This document shows, one piece after another, positions 10,423 through 19,538 of a stretch of DNA of 64,000 nt. Position 1 is the stretch's first letter, and the number at the start of each line of letters is the position of its first letter. The notes under the pieces were generated by a model, which saw only the letters and a list, made by a program, of their open reading frames with translations, was not told the origin of the DNA and did no database searches. The DNA comes from Rebecca billardiae RCC1528 (Eukaryota; Protista; Haptophyta), in the NCBI GenBank assembly GCA_965240325.2, contig OZ251226.1, forward strand, positions 992,001-1,056,000. Direction: 5' to 3'. A program made the position numbers and the translations under genes.

Positions 10423-13008
10423 TCAGGACGACGGCGGCGACACCAATTCGCGTGCCAACCCTTCTGCAAAGCGTGCGTTGTTCGCGGCTGAGCCAGATGC
10501 ACCGCTGTAGTCCTCGTAGCTCACGCGCACGACCTGCCAGCCCAACGATTCGAGCACGCGCGTCTTCCACTGGCTGGGCCCGTTGAGTCGCTGCGCGCCC
10601 GTCCACGGGTCGGTCACGAAGTGCGACGGCCCATCGTACTCCACAGCCACCTTGGACGCGGCGCACGCCATGTCCACGACGAGCAGCCCGCCCTCGCCGA
10701 TGCGCACCTCCTCCTCGTGCGCCCAGCCGCACTCTGCGAGCGCGCGAGACAGCGCCCGCTGCGATGACGACGAGCGCACCCGTGACACTCGGTCACGGAG
10801 CAGCTGGCTACCGAGGCACTGCGCCAGCATGGACTCCACACGAGTGCGTGCGGTGCCAACGGGCAGGCGTGCATCGGCGTGCAGCGTGATCAGTGCCTGC
10901 GCCACATTGGTGTGCGCCTCCAGCGCGAGTTGCGCTTGCAGCCCAGATGCAGCAAGGAGTCGCTCGCACAGGGACAGCAGAAGCTGCCGATGCTCCATGT
11001 GCTGGGCAGCCGTCGCATACGCCCACACCGTGTTGGCCATGTTCTGCGCATTGAACTCGCCCACGCGCGCCTCGGCCTCCCGCGCGATCGCGCCATACAG
11101 CGCGGGTGCGTCCACGCCAGCTGTGGCGTACGCCCACGCCGTGTTGGCCAGCCCCTGCGCATTGAACTCGCCCACGCGCGCCTCGGCCTCCCGCGCGATC
11201 GCGCCATGCAGCGCGGGTGCGTCAACGCCAGCTGTGGCGTACGCCCACGCCGTGTTGGCCATGTCCTGCGCATTGAGCTCGCCCACGCGCGCCTCGGCCT
11301 CCCGCGCGATCGCGCCATACAGCGCGGGTGCGGCCACGCCCACTGTGGCGTACGCCCACGCCGTGTTGGCCATGTCCTGCGCATTGAGCTCGCCCACGCG
11401 CGCCTCGGCCTCCCGCGCGATCGCGCCATACAGCGCGGGTGCGGCCACGCCCGCTGTGGCGTACGCCCACGCCGTGTTGGCCAGCCCCTGCGCATTGAAC
11501 TCGCCCACGCGCGCCTCGGCCTCCCGCGCGATCGCGCCATACAGCGCGGGCGCGTCCACGCGCGCTGTGGCGTACGCCCAAGCCGTGTTGGCCATGTTCT
11601 GCGGCTTGAACTCGCCCACGCGCGCCTCGGCCTCCCGCGCGATCGCGCCATACAGCGCGGGTGCGGCCACGCCCGCTGTGGCGTACGCCCACGCCGTGTT
11701 GGCCATGTCCTGCGCATTGAGCTCGCCCACGCGCGCCTCGGCCTCCCGCGCGATCGCGCCATACAGCGCGGGTGCGGCCACGCCCGCTGTGGCGTACGCC
11801 CACGCCGTGTTGGCCAGCCCCTGCGCATTGAACTCGCCCACGCGCGCCTCGGCCTCCCGCGCGATCGCGCCATACAGCGCGGGTGCGGCCACGCCAGCTG
11901 TGGCGTACGCCCACGCCGTGTTGGCCAGCCCCTGCGCATTGAACTCGCCCACGCGCGCCTCGGCCTCCCGCGCGATCGCGCCATACAGCGCGGGTGCGGC
12001 CACGCCCACTGTGGCGTACGCCCACGCCGTGTTGGCCATGTCCTGCGCATTGAGATCGCCCACGCGCGCCTCGGCCTCCCGCGCGATCGCGCCATACAGC
12101 GCGGGTGCGGCCACGCCCGCTGTGGCGTACGCCCACGCCGTGTTGGCCAGCCCCTGCGGCTTGAACTCGCCCACGCGCGCCTCGGCCTCCCGCGCGATCG
12201 CGCCATACAGCGCGGGTGCGTCCACGCCAGCTGTGGCGTACGCCCACGCCGTGTTGGCCAGCCCCTGCGCATTGAACTCGCCCACGCGCGCCTCGGCCTC
12301 CCGCGCGATCGCGCCATACAGCGCGGGTGCGTCCACGCCAGCTGTGGCGTACGCCCACGCCGTGTTGGCCAGCCCCTGCGCATTGAACTCGCCCACGCGC
12401 GCCTCGGCCTCCCGCGCGATCGCGCCATACAGCGCGGGTGCGGCCACGCCCGCTGTGGCGTACGCCCACGCCGTGTTGGCCAGCTCCTGCGCATTGAACT
12501 CGCCCACGCGCGCCTCGGCCTCCCGCGCGATCGCGCCGAATGTGCGCTCGGCACCGCACTTCGTCGGCCGCAGCTTGGCCAGGCCGTGCGCTAAGTTAGC
12601 CACTTGGCGGGCGCTATACGGCGAGCCGTCGACTGCCGTGCCCTCCAGCCGCCGCTCCACGCGCGCGAGCAGGGCGCCAAAGGGCTTGTCGGTGCGCAAC
12701 ACGTGGCCGCGCAACGTGCGCGCGTTGCGACCCAGTCGAGAGATGGCTGTAGCCTCGTTCACCGGGTTGAACGCGTGGCTATGCGTAGCGCACACATCGA
12801 GGATGCGTTTCGCGTCACGTGCATCCGTGAGCTGCTGGTTAATCATCTTGTTGTCTGGCCGGCGTGATGGGCCGCCAGCGTGCATCGTCGCCCGTAGCGC
12901 AGCACAGGCGAGTGCGGGCGAAGGCGGCATGCGCGCTCGCAGCCCATACGCGCTACGCGGGCATGCGCCCGCACTGGTGCTCACCAACCGCCCTAACAGC
13001 CCGAGCAT
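10423..13008 (-). CDS. Helical-repeat (37-aa HPR/OPR-like) RNA-binding protein with C-terminal RAP domain, probably organelle-targeted
   Basis: 861-aa ORF with 13 full and 1 partial repeats of FNAQGLANTAWAYATAGVAAPALYGAIAREAEARVGE. RAP motifs VDMA...VAVEYDGPSHF and K.RVLESLGWQVVRVSY. The N-terminus is Arg/Ser/Ala/Leu-rich and lacks acidic residues, like a mitochondrial presequence. Confidence 0.9.
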   Translation of the reverse strand: MLGLLGRLVSTSAGACPRSAYGLRARMPPSPALACAALRATMHAGGPSRRPDNKMINQQLTDARDAKRILDVCATHSHAFNPVNEATAISRLGRNARTLRGHVLRTDKPFGALLARVERRLEGTAVDGSPYSARQVANLAHGLAKLRPTKCGAERTFGAIAREAEARVGEFNAQELANTAWAYATAGVAAPALYGAIAREAEARVGEFNAQGLANTAWAYATAGVDAPALYGAIAREAEARVGEFNAQGLANTAWAYATAGVDAPALYGAIAREAEARVGEFKPQGLANTAWAYATAGVAAPALYGAIAREAEARVGDLNAQDMANTAWAYATVGVAAPALYGAIAREAEARVGEFNAQGLANTAWAYATAGVAAPALYGAIAREAEARVGEFNAQGLANTAWAYATAGVAAPALYGAIAREAEARVGELNAQDMANTAWAYATAGVAAPALYGAIAREAEARVGEFKPQNMANTAWAYATARVDAPALYGAIAREAEARVGEFNAQGLANTAWAYATAGVAAPALYGAIAREAEARVGELNAQDMANTAWAYATVGVAAPALYGAIAREAEARVGELNAQDMANTAWAYATAGVDAPALHGAIAREAEARVGEFNAQGLANTAWAYATAGVDAPALYGAIAREAEARVGEFNAQNMANTVWAYATAAQHMEHRQLLLSLCERLLAASGLQAQLALEAHTNVAQALITLHADARLPVGTARTRVESMLAQCLGSQLLRDRVSRVRSSSSQRALSRALAECGWAHEEEVRIGEGGLLVVDMACAASKVAVEYDGPSHFVTDPWTGAQRLNGPSQWKTRVLESLGWQVVRVSYEDYSGASGSAANNARFAEGLARELVSPPSS
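11010..12537 (-). repeat. 111-bp coding tandem array, ~14 units
   Basis: Phe codons at 12498 and 11055 are exactly 13 x 111 bp apart; units are nearly identical at DNA level. Confidence 0.97.
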
Positions 13009-13734
13009 CCTTCTCCAGGCCGGCCCCGTGCGCCGCGACGCCGCGTGGAAGACGACGCCTGCGTCCCCTCCAGCTGCAGCCGTGGACTTCGGACCAACCG
13101 GTCGTCACTGCGACACGATGGCGGCCAAATCCATCCGGCCGTCGTCACGTCGGTCAAGGTTGTACGCGTGCAGGTGCGCCTGCTGCCGCGGTTCGCGCCG
13201 CACGTGCGCGCTGCGCTCGAATAAGCGGGCGCGCTACTGGGCGAGAACGAGCCGAGGGATGCGGCTCGCGCATGCGTTGGTGCGGCGGGCCCCGCCCCGG
13301 CTACTCTCCGGCGCGGCGCCCGACCGGCTGCGCCGCCCGATGTCCGCCGACAGATCAGGTCAGCGCGGCGCCTGTCAACAGTCACGGTCATCACATCGCG
13401 GTCTGGCAGCATCGCCGTTGGTGATGTTGGTGAACTCACATGCCACTGACGATGCTGACAGTGCGCGCTGTCGCCGTGGCTCTACACATGCACGTAGTCT
13501 GCGGGTCACGTCATCGACAGAGAGTCAGAGACATCAGACTCGACATTAATATTTTATTTTTAAGCACCGTTGACCACGTCACCAACGACACCAACGACAT
13601 CACATTACTGTACTGGTAGTGCGCACGTTCCGTCAACATTCATCGTACGTAATAAGTGATCGCGTCAGTGTCAGACTCCAACATCGACTTTTCGCCTCCC
13701 CGCCGCATCCGCGTCCGCGAGCCGCGAGTTCTGA

Positions 13735-15717
13735 CTACCGCGTGCTTGCCAAAGAGGGCCGTGCAGCGCTGCCGGACGTCCGGGGCGCCGACGCCGTCTT
13801 GAGATTCGGCCTAGCTCCCGGCTGGGCGCCGCGGAGTGTGCGCGGCGTCGCCGGTGCGCTCGCAGCGGCGTCGGTGCTCGACGAAGCTGCCGGGCCCGCC
13901 CGCTCGCGCTGCGGCACGCGATATCCAAACGCCACGGCCGTGCCCGCGGGCCGAATGAAGCGCTTGAGGTGCGCGCTCACCGCCGCCTGCTCCCGCGGCG
14001 TGCGCTTACGCAGGCGTTGGGCCGCCGCGTACCCTGTGAGCCGAAACACGGCGCGCGGCATCACGTGGCTCACCCACACGTCGACGAAGCCGGCGTGCCC
14101 GCCGCCCCCCGCGCCGCGGCTCATGTGCGCAGCAGCAATCTCGTGACCGAGCAGCAGCAGCTCGAGCGCGCGCGCGCGCTCACGCGCCGGCAGCAGGTGG
14201 TGGGTGCGGGGGGACCACGGCTCGCTCGCGGAGATGAGCACCCGCGCCGCGGCGTGGTACGGGTCCTCGGCGAGCGCCTCTCGCGCGAGCTCGAGCGCCG
14301 TCGGCGCGCGCCGGTCGAGCCCCACGAGCTCGCGCGCGCTCCGCGGCCGCGCCTGATTCCCGCCGATGCCGTCAGCATGGCCGCCGCGCCGCAGCTCGGC
14401 GATCACCTCATCTCGGCGGAGCCACGCGACGTGCTGCAGCCGGCTGTCCCAGCTGGCGACGCGGCGCAGGTGCGCGACCAGCGGGTGCTTGCGGCTCGGC
14501 GCGCCCAGATGCATCTCGATGCGGTGCGCGAGGGCGAGCAGTCGCTGGCTGTGGCACTCGTCAGTGCAGGTGGCGTGCGCGCAGAGCAGCCGCGCCTTTG
14601 GAAGCAGCGCGTCGAGCGCGCGCGCGGGCGGGAGCGGCGCCGCTTCGTCGTCGGCGACGGCCATGGCGACGGCCATGCCCTGCGCGGCGGAGAGGCACGC
14701 GTACTCGAGGGCCGTCACGCCGCTCCTCGCGCCCAGCCCCTCGCACACGTCGGCCTCCCAGGGCTCGGCGCTGGCGGCGAGCAGCGCGCGCATACACGCG
14801 AGGTCTCCGTACCGCGTGGCGACGTGGAGTGGCGTGACGTCGCCGTGGAAGAAGCGCGCGGCGCGAGGCCCGCCGCGCTCCGTGGCGGATGCATGCGCGC
14901 GCAGCAGCAGCCGCACGCACGCCGCGCTCCCCGCGTGCGCCGCGCAGAGCAGGGGCGTGCCCATGGGGCTCCACTGCTCGAGCAGCCGCGCGCCCGCGCG
15001 CACGAGCTCGCGCACGATGCGCACGTGCCCGCGCTGGCACGCGCGATGGAGCGCGGTGAGCCCCGCGTGGTCGGCGGCGTTCACGTCCGCCTGCGCGCGC
15101 AGCAGCAGGCGCACGCAGCCCAGGGGGCTGTGCACGGGCGGCAGCGCCTGGCACGCGACCATCAGAGCCGTCTCGCGGCTCACGTCGTCATATGGAGCGT
15201 CCACGTCGACGCCCGGCTTGGCGAGCGCGCCGCGGCGCGTGCCCGAGATGAGCAGCCGGGCGCACTCGACGTGGCCCTCCATGCACGCCAGCGCGAGGTG
15301 CTCGGGCTCGGCGCGTACGCTCGAGTGCTCGAGCAGCACGCGCATGCACCGCACGTAGCCGACAGAGCACGCCATCGCGAGCGGAGCAAAGCCAAAGCCG
15401 CTGCTGAGCGCCGGCTGTGCACGCGCGTCGAGGAGCGCTCGTACGCAATTCTCGTGCCCACCCACTAGCGCAAGGTGCAGCGGCGTGAGCATGGTCCCCG
15501 CAAAGTCGTCCAGCGCCCCACGGCCCGCATGCCTCAGCTGCACGCACAGCATCTCCACGTCCCCGCACGTGCAGGCCTCGCGCACGAGCATGGCGGCCGA
15601 GGGCATCCACGGCTCGTTGCGCCAAGAGAACGTGCGCGCCCTTCTCTCACCCGCGTGCGGCGTGGTGCGGCGCCGCGGACGACGCGGCGGAGATGTGCGC
15701 CCCGGCTGCTCACTCAT
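13735..15717 (-). CDS. Ankyrin-repeat protein
   Basis: Several ankyrin motifs (TPLHLALVGGHENCVRALL, TALHRACQRGHVRIVRELV, TPLLCAAHAG, TPLHVATRYG). Start is uncertain (15717 or 15606); the ORF extension to 16167 is antisense to STI1. Confidence 0.8.
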   Translation of the reverse strand: MSEQPGRTSPPRRPRRRTTPHAGERRARTFSWRNEPWMPSAAMLVREACTCGDVEMLCVQLRHAGRGALDDFAGTMLTPLHLALVGGHENCVRALLDARAQPALSSGFGFAPLAMACSVGYVRCMRVLLEHSSVRAEPEHLALACMEGHVECARLLISGTRRGALAKPGVDVDAPYDDVSRETALMVACQALPPVHSPLGCVRLLLRAQADVNAADHAGLTALHRACQRGHVRIVRELVRAGARLLEQWSPMGTPLLCAAHAGSAACVRLLLRAHASATERGGPRAARFFHGDVTPLHVATRYGDLACMRALLAASAEPWEADVCEGLGARSGVTALEYACLSAAQGMAVAMAVADDEAAPLPPARALDALLPKARLLCAHATCTDECHSQRLLALAHRIEMHLGAPSRKHPLVAHLRRVASWDSRLQHVAWLRRDEVIAELRRGGHADGIGGNQARPRSARELVGLDRRAPTALELAREALAEDPYHAAARVLISASEPWSPRTHHLLPARERARALELLLLGHEIAAAHMSRGAGGGGHAGFVDVWVSHVMPRAVFRLTGYAAAQRLRKRTPREQAAVSAHLKRFIRPAGTAVAFGYRVPQRERAGPAASSSTDAAASAPATPRTLRGAQPGARPNLKTASAPRTSGSAARPSLASTR

Positions 15718-15898
15718 CACTGTCCACCTACGGTGGGGCGTCCGCACCTCTCCATCGTCGTGCGTCCGGTGCGTCCGGGCGGCGATCTCACGTCCACCAC
15801 CGTGTCCGGGCGCAACGCAACGCCTGTCAAGCAAGTCACGTCTCGGTGCTGGTGAGCGCGCGTCTGGACCGCTGATAAGCGCCGGCGCCGACGCAGCC

Positions 15899-17893
15899 AT
15901 GGCTGATGCGCACAAAGCACTCGGCAACGAGGCGTTCAAGGCGCAGAAGTTCGACGAGGCGATCGAGCACTTCACCAACGCCATCGGCGCGGACCCGCAG
16001 GCCCACGTGCTGTACAGCAACCGCTCGGCCGCGTACGCGTCGCTAAACCGGTTCGACGAGGCGCTGGCAGATGCGGAGAAGTGCATTGGGCTGAACGGGG
16101 CGTGGGGGAAGGGGTACTCGCGCAAGGGCGCGGCGCTCGAGGGCCTTGGGCGGCTCGAGGAGGCCATCGCCGCCTACGAGCAGGGCCTCGCGCAGGAGCC
16201 GGAGAACGCCGCGCTGAAGCAGGGGCTCGCGGTCGCCAAGGATAAGGCTGACGCGGGGGCGCTCGGCGGCGCGGGGCAGATTGGCAACATGTTCGCGGAC
16301 CCGGCGCTGTTCGGCAAGATCGCGGGCAACCCACAGACCGCGGCCTTCCTCAACATGCCCGACTTCGTGACCAAGCTGCAGGAGCTGCAGCGCAACCCGT
16401 CGTCGATCGACCGCCACCTGCAGGACCCGCGCATCATGCAGGTGCTCGGCATGCTGATGGGCGTGAACGTGAGCATGGGCGGGGCGGGCGAGGCGTTCGG
16501 CGAGGACGCGCGCGCGCCGCCGCCCAAGCCGCAGGAGCCCGAGCCCGAGCCCGAGCCCATGGAGGAGGAGCTCACCGACGAGGAGAAGGCCGCGCGCGAG
16601 ACGAAGCGGCAGGCGGACGCGCACAAGGAGCAGGGGAATGCGGCATACAAGGCGAAGAAGTTCGACGAGGCGATCGAGCACTACACGAAGGCGGGGGAGA
16701 TGATGCCCGAGGAGATGACGTACATCACCAACCTCGCCGCCGTCTACTTCGAGCAGCGCGAGTACCAGAAGTCCGTCGACACGTGCAAGAAGGCGATCGA
16801 GGTGGGCCGCGCGAACCGCGCCGACTACAAGAACGTCGCCAAGGCGTACGCGCGTATGGGCAACGCGTACGTCAAGCTCGAGGAGCTCGAGTCGGCGATC
16901 AAGGCGTACGAGGACTCGATGCTGGAGAACCGCACGGAGGACGTGTACAAGCGGCACAAGGACGCGGTCAAGGTGCTCAAGGAGAGGCAGGACAAGGCGT
17001 ACATCTCGGAGGAGCTCTCGCTCAAGGCGCGCGAGAAGGGCAACGAGCTCTTCAAGGAGGGAAAGTACCCGGAGGCCATCGAGGCGTACACCGAGGTGCG
17101 CGCGCCCTCTCGCGCGCGCGCGCGCGCAGCGCACAGGGGGCGGGGCGCGCGGCGCGTGCGCGGCGGGTATGGGAGGTTGGCGTTACGCCGGCGGTGCCGA
17201 GCGAGCGCCCACGGCTGACGCGCTCGCGCCCGCCCCGGCGCTCGGGACGCCGCGCCGCAGGCGATGCGGCGCAACCCGGCAGACCACGTGCCGTACAGCA
17301 ACCGCGCGGCGTGCTACCAGAAGCTGATGGAGTGGGTGCTCGCGCTCAAGGACTGCGAGAAGTGCATCCAGATGGCGCCCACGTTCGTGAAGGTTTGGAA
17401 CCGCAAGGGCGGTACGTGCCTGCTGCGCGCGCGCGGCCGCCCTTCGCGCCGTGGGGCGCGAGCGCGCCGGCAGCTTGGGCCGCGCGCGCGCCCGCGCGCT
17501 CACGCGCACGCGCCGCGCCGCGCCGTGCGCACGGCTGCCTCGACCTCTGCGGTGCTCGCAGGCCTGCACTTCCACTTGAAAGAGTACCACAAGGCGCTGG
17601 ACGCGTACCAGCAGGCGCTCAAGCTCGACGAGAACAGCGCGGAGGCAAAGGACGGCGTCGAGCGCACGATCGTCGCCATCAACATGGGCAGCAACGACGA
17701 GGACCAGCAGGCGCGCGCGCAGCGCGCGATGGCCGACCCTGAGATCCAGGCGATCCTTCAGGATGGCACGATGCGCAACGTGCTCAGCGAGATGCAAAGC
17801 GACCCCAAGTCGGCCAACAAGTTCATGTCCGACCCCTCGATCAAGAAGAACATCGAGAAGCTCATCGCCGCCGGCGTGCTCGCCATCAAGTAG
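15899..17893 (+). CDS. STI1: Hsp70/Hsp90 organising protein (STI1/HOP), 3 exons
   Basis: TPR1 (KALGNEAF...YSNRSAAY), DP1, TPR2A, TPR2B and DP2 (MADPEIQAILQD...KLIAAGVL). Exons 15899-17095, 17261-17411, 17562-17893; GT-AG introns of 165 and 150 nt. Confidence 0.95.
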
Positions 17894-18291
17894 GGCGGGG
17901 CGCAATGGCGGCGCAGTTTCTAAGCTGAGCCGGCCGCGCGCGCGTCGGACATGGACGGCGCCGGCGACGACGGCCAGATTCGGGCCGGCGGCAGATGCTG
18001 CACTTGCGCGCTGCTTCCGCGGCCCTTGTAATTGACGATGTGCGAGCATCTGAGAAAGATGCGAACGCTGCGCGTCATGTGTGATGGATGATATATATTG
18101 TCGACGATTAAATAACGACGGGCCGGCACGGGCGGCGCGGTGGGCGGCGTTGGAGTTGGACTACGTCTACTGGCCCTATGATACTGTAGCCCTATGTAGA
18201 GTCGTAGGTCTGTCGTCTGCTATTTGCTGTCTTGTAAATAATAATTGTTATAATAGCAGTGCGCTGAAATATGTAAACTCGGCGCGGCGGC

Positions 18292-19344
18292 TTATTGTTC
18301 AGAGCCGCCGGCGCAGTCGGAGTCGGAGACCAGGGTCGCCGTGCAAAGCAGACGCCGCCGAGGATCATCCGGTGGGAGAACGACCCTTCGCGCAGTGACG
18401 ACCCCGTCGGGAACGGGGACCACAGACTGATGCACACACGTTGGAGCTGCTCGTCGGGCAAAGCCAGCAAGGGCATCGCAAGGCTGAGCAGGATCATCTT
18501 GGCTCCGCGAGCACGACTGCGGCTGCGGCAGGTCCTGCTCGGCACCAATGTGAACATCGTTGCCGTGAGTGACACTGTCAGGTGAGCGCCAGAGCGCGAC
18601 TTGGGCTGTGGGCAGTGGCGGCGGCAGCGGCGACTGCGGCAGTGCAATGCCAATGGCGACACCGCGTGCAGTAGCGGCTCTGAGGTCGGTGTGCTCTCGC
18701 TGTCGCTTGGCGTTGTGCATTGGCTGGCTGCCTGGGTGTTCTGCCAGCCTGCGCCTGTGCATGGTGCGCTGGCGTTTGTGGAGCATGCCGGCCAGCTTGT
18801 GCTCAGCGCACCGGCTGGCGCGCGTGTCGTCCAGCATGCCAAATGAAGGCCACTTGGTGCAGCCCGCGTGATCGCACTTGCGGCTCGTCACATTGACCAT
18901 GCCGGCCAGCTTGTGCTCAGCGCACCGGATGGGGCGCGTGTCGCCCGGCATGCCGAAGCATGGCAGCGTGGTGCAGCCGGTATGAGAACACTTGCGGTTC
19001 TTCACATCGACCATGCCGGCCAGCTTGTGCTCAGCGCACCGGATGGGGCGCGTGTCGCCCGGCATGCCGAAGCATGGCAGCGTCGTGCAGCCGGCATGAT
19101 CGCACATGGGACTCTTCACATTGACCATGCCGGCCAGCTTGTGCTCAGCGCATCGGCTGCCGCGCGCGTCGCCCGGCATGCCAAATGAAGGCCACTTGGT
19201 GCAGCCCGCGTGATCGCACTTGCGGCTCGTCACATTGACCATGCCGGCCAGCTTGTGCTCAGCGCATCGGCTGGCGCGCGCGTCGGCCGGCATGCCGTAC
19301 GACGGCCCCTTCACGCAGCCGGCATGATCGCACTTGCGGGCCAT
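18292..19344 (-). CDS. EsV-1-7-type cysteine-rich repeat protein (five 38-aa repeats)
   Basis: Repeat CxxxGCxxxPxFGMPGDxRxxRCAEHKLAGMVNV with a 114-bp period at ~18780-19335. The C-terminal half is non-repetitive and less certain. Confidence 0.75.
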   Translation of the reverse strand: MARKCDHAGCVKGPSYGMPADARASRCAEHKLAGMVNVTSRKCDHAGCTKWPSFGMPGDARGSRCAEHKLAGMVNVKSPMCDHAGCTTLPCFGMPGDTRPIRCAEHKLAGMVDVKNRKCSHTGCTTLPCFGMPGDTRPIRCAEHKLAGMVNVTSRKCDHAGCTKWPSFGMLDDTRASRCAEHKLAGMLHKRQRTMHRRRLAEHPGSQPMHNAKRQREHTDLRAATARGVAIGIALPQSPLPPPLPTAQVALWRSPDSVTHGNDVHIGAEQDLPQPQSCSRSQDDPAQPCDALAGFARRAAPTCVHQSVVPVPDGVVTARRVVLPPDDPRRRLLCTATLVSDSDCAGGSEQ

Positions 19345-19538
19345 GACGACACGATGACGACGCGTGATCCGCCCCCAAATACGGCCCTTGCCCCAAAGGT
19401 GGTATAAAAAAATGGCGGGCCGTAGTACTCCCCCATATTTATCATACTATTCAGTAATAACGATTTATGTACTCGACGTCCGGCCGGGTGTTGCGGCGGC
19501 GGCGGGCGCGCGGCTGAGCATCGTCGGCACCGGCGCCC

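Noticed and set aside
11010-12537. CRISPR-like array
   Set aside because: Contiguous coding repeats with no unique spacers, no cas genes and a eukaryotic context.
10583-13549. 988-aa plus-strand ORF and other long alternative-frame ORFs over the 111-bp array
   Set aside because: Antisense or off-frame shadows of the RAP gene; a stop-free repeat unit stays open in several frames.
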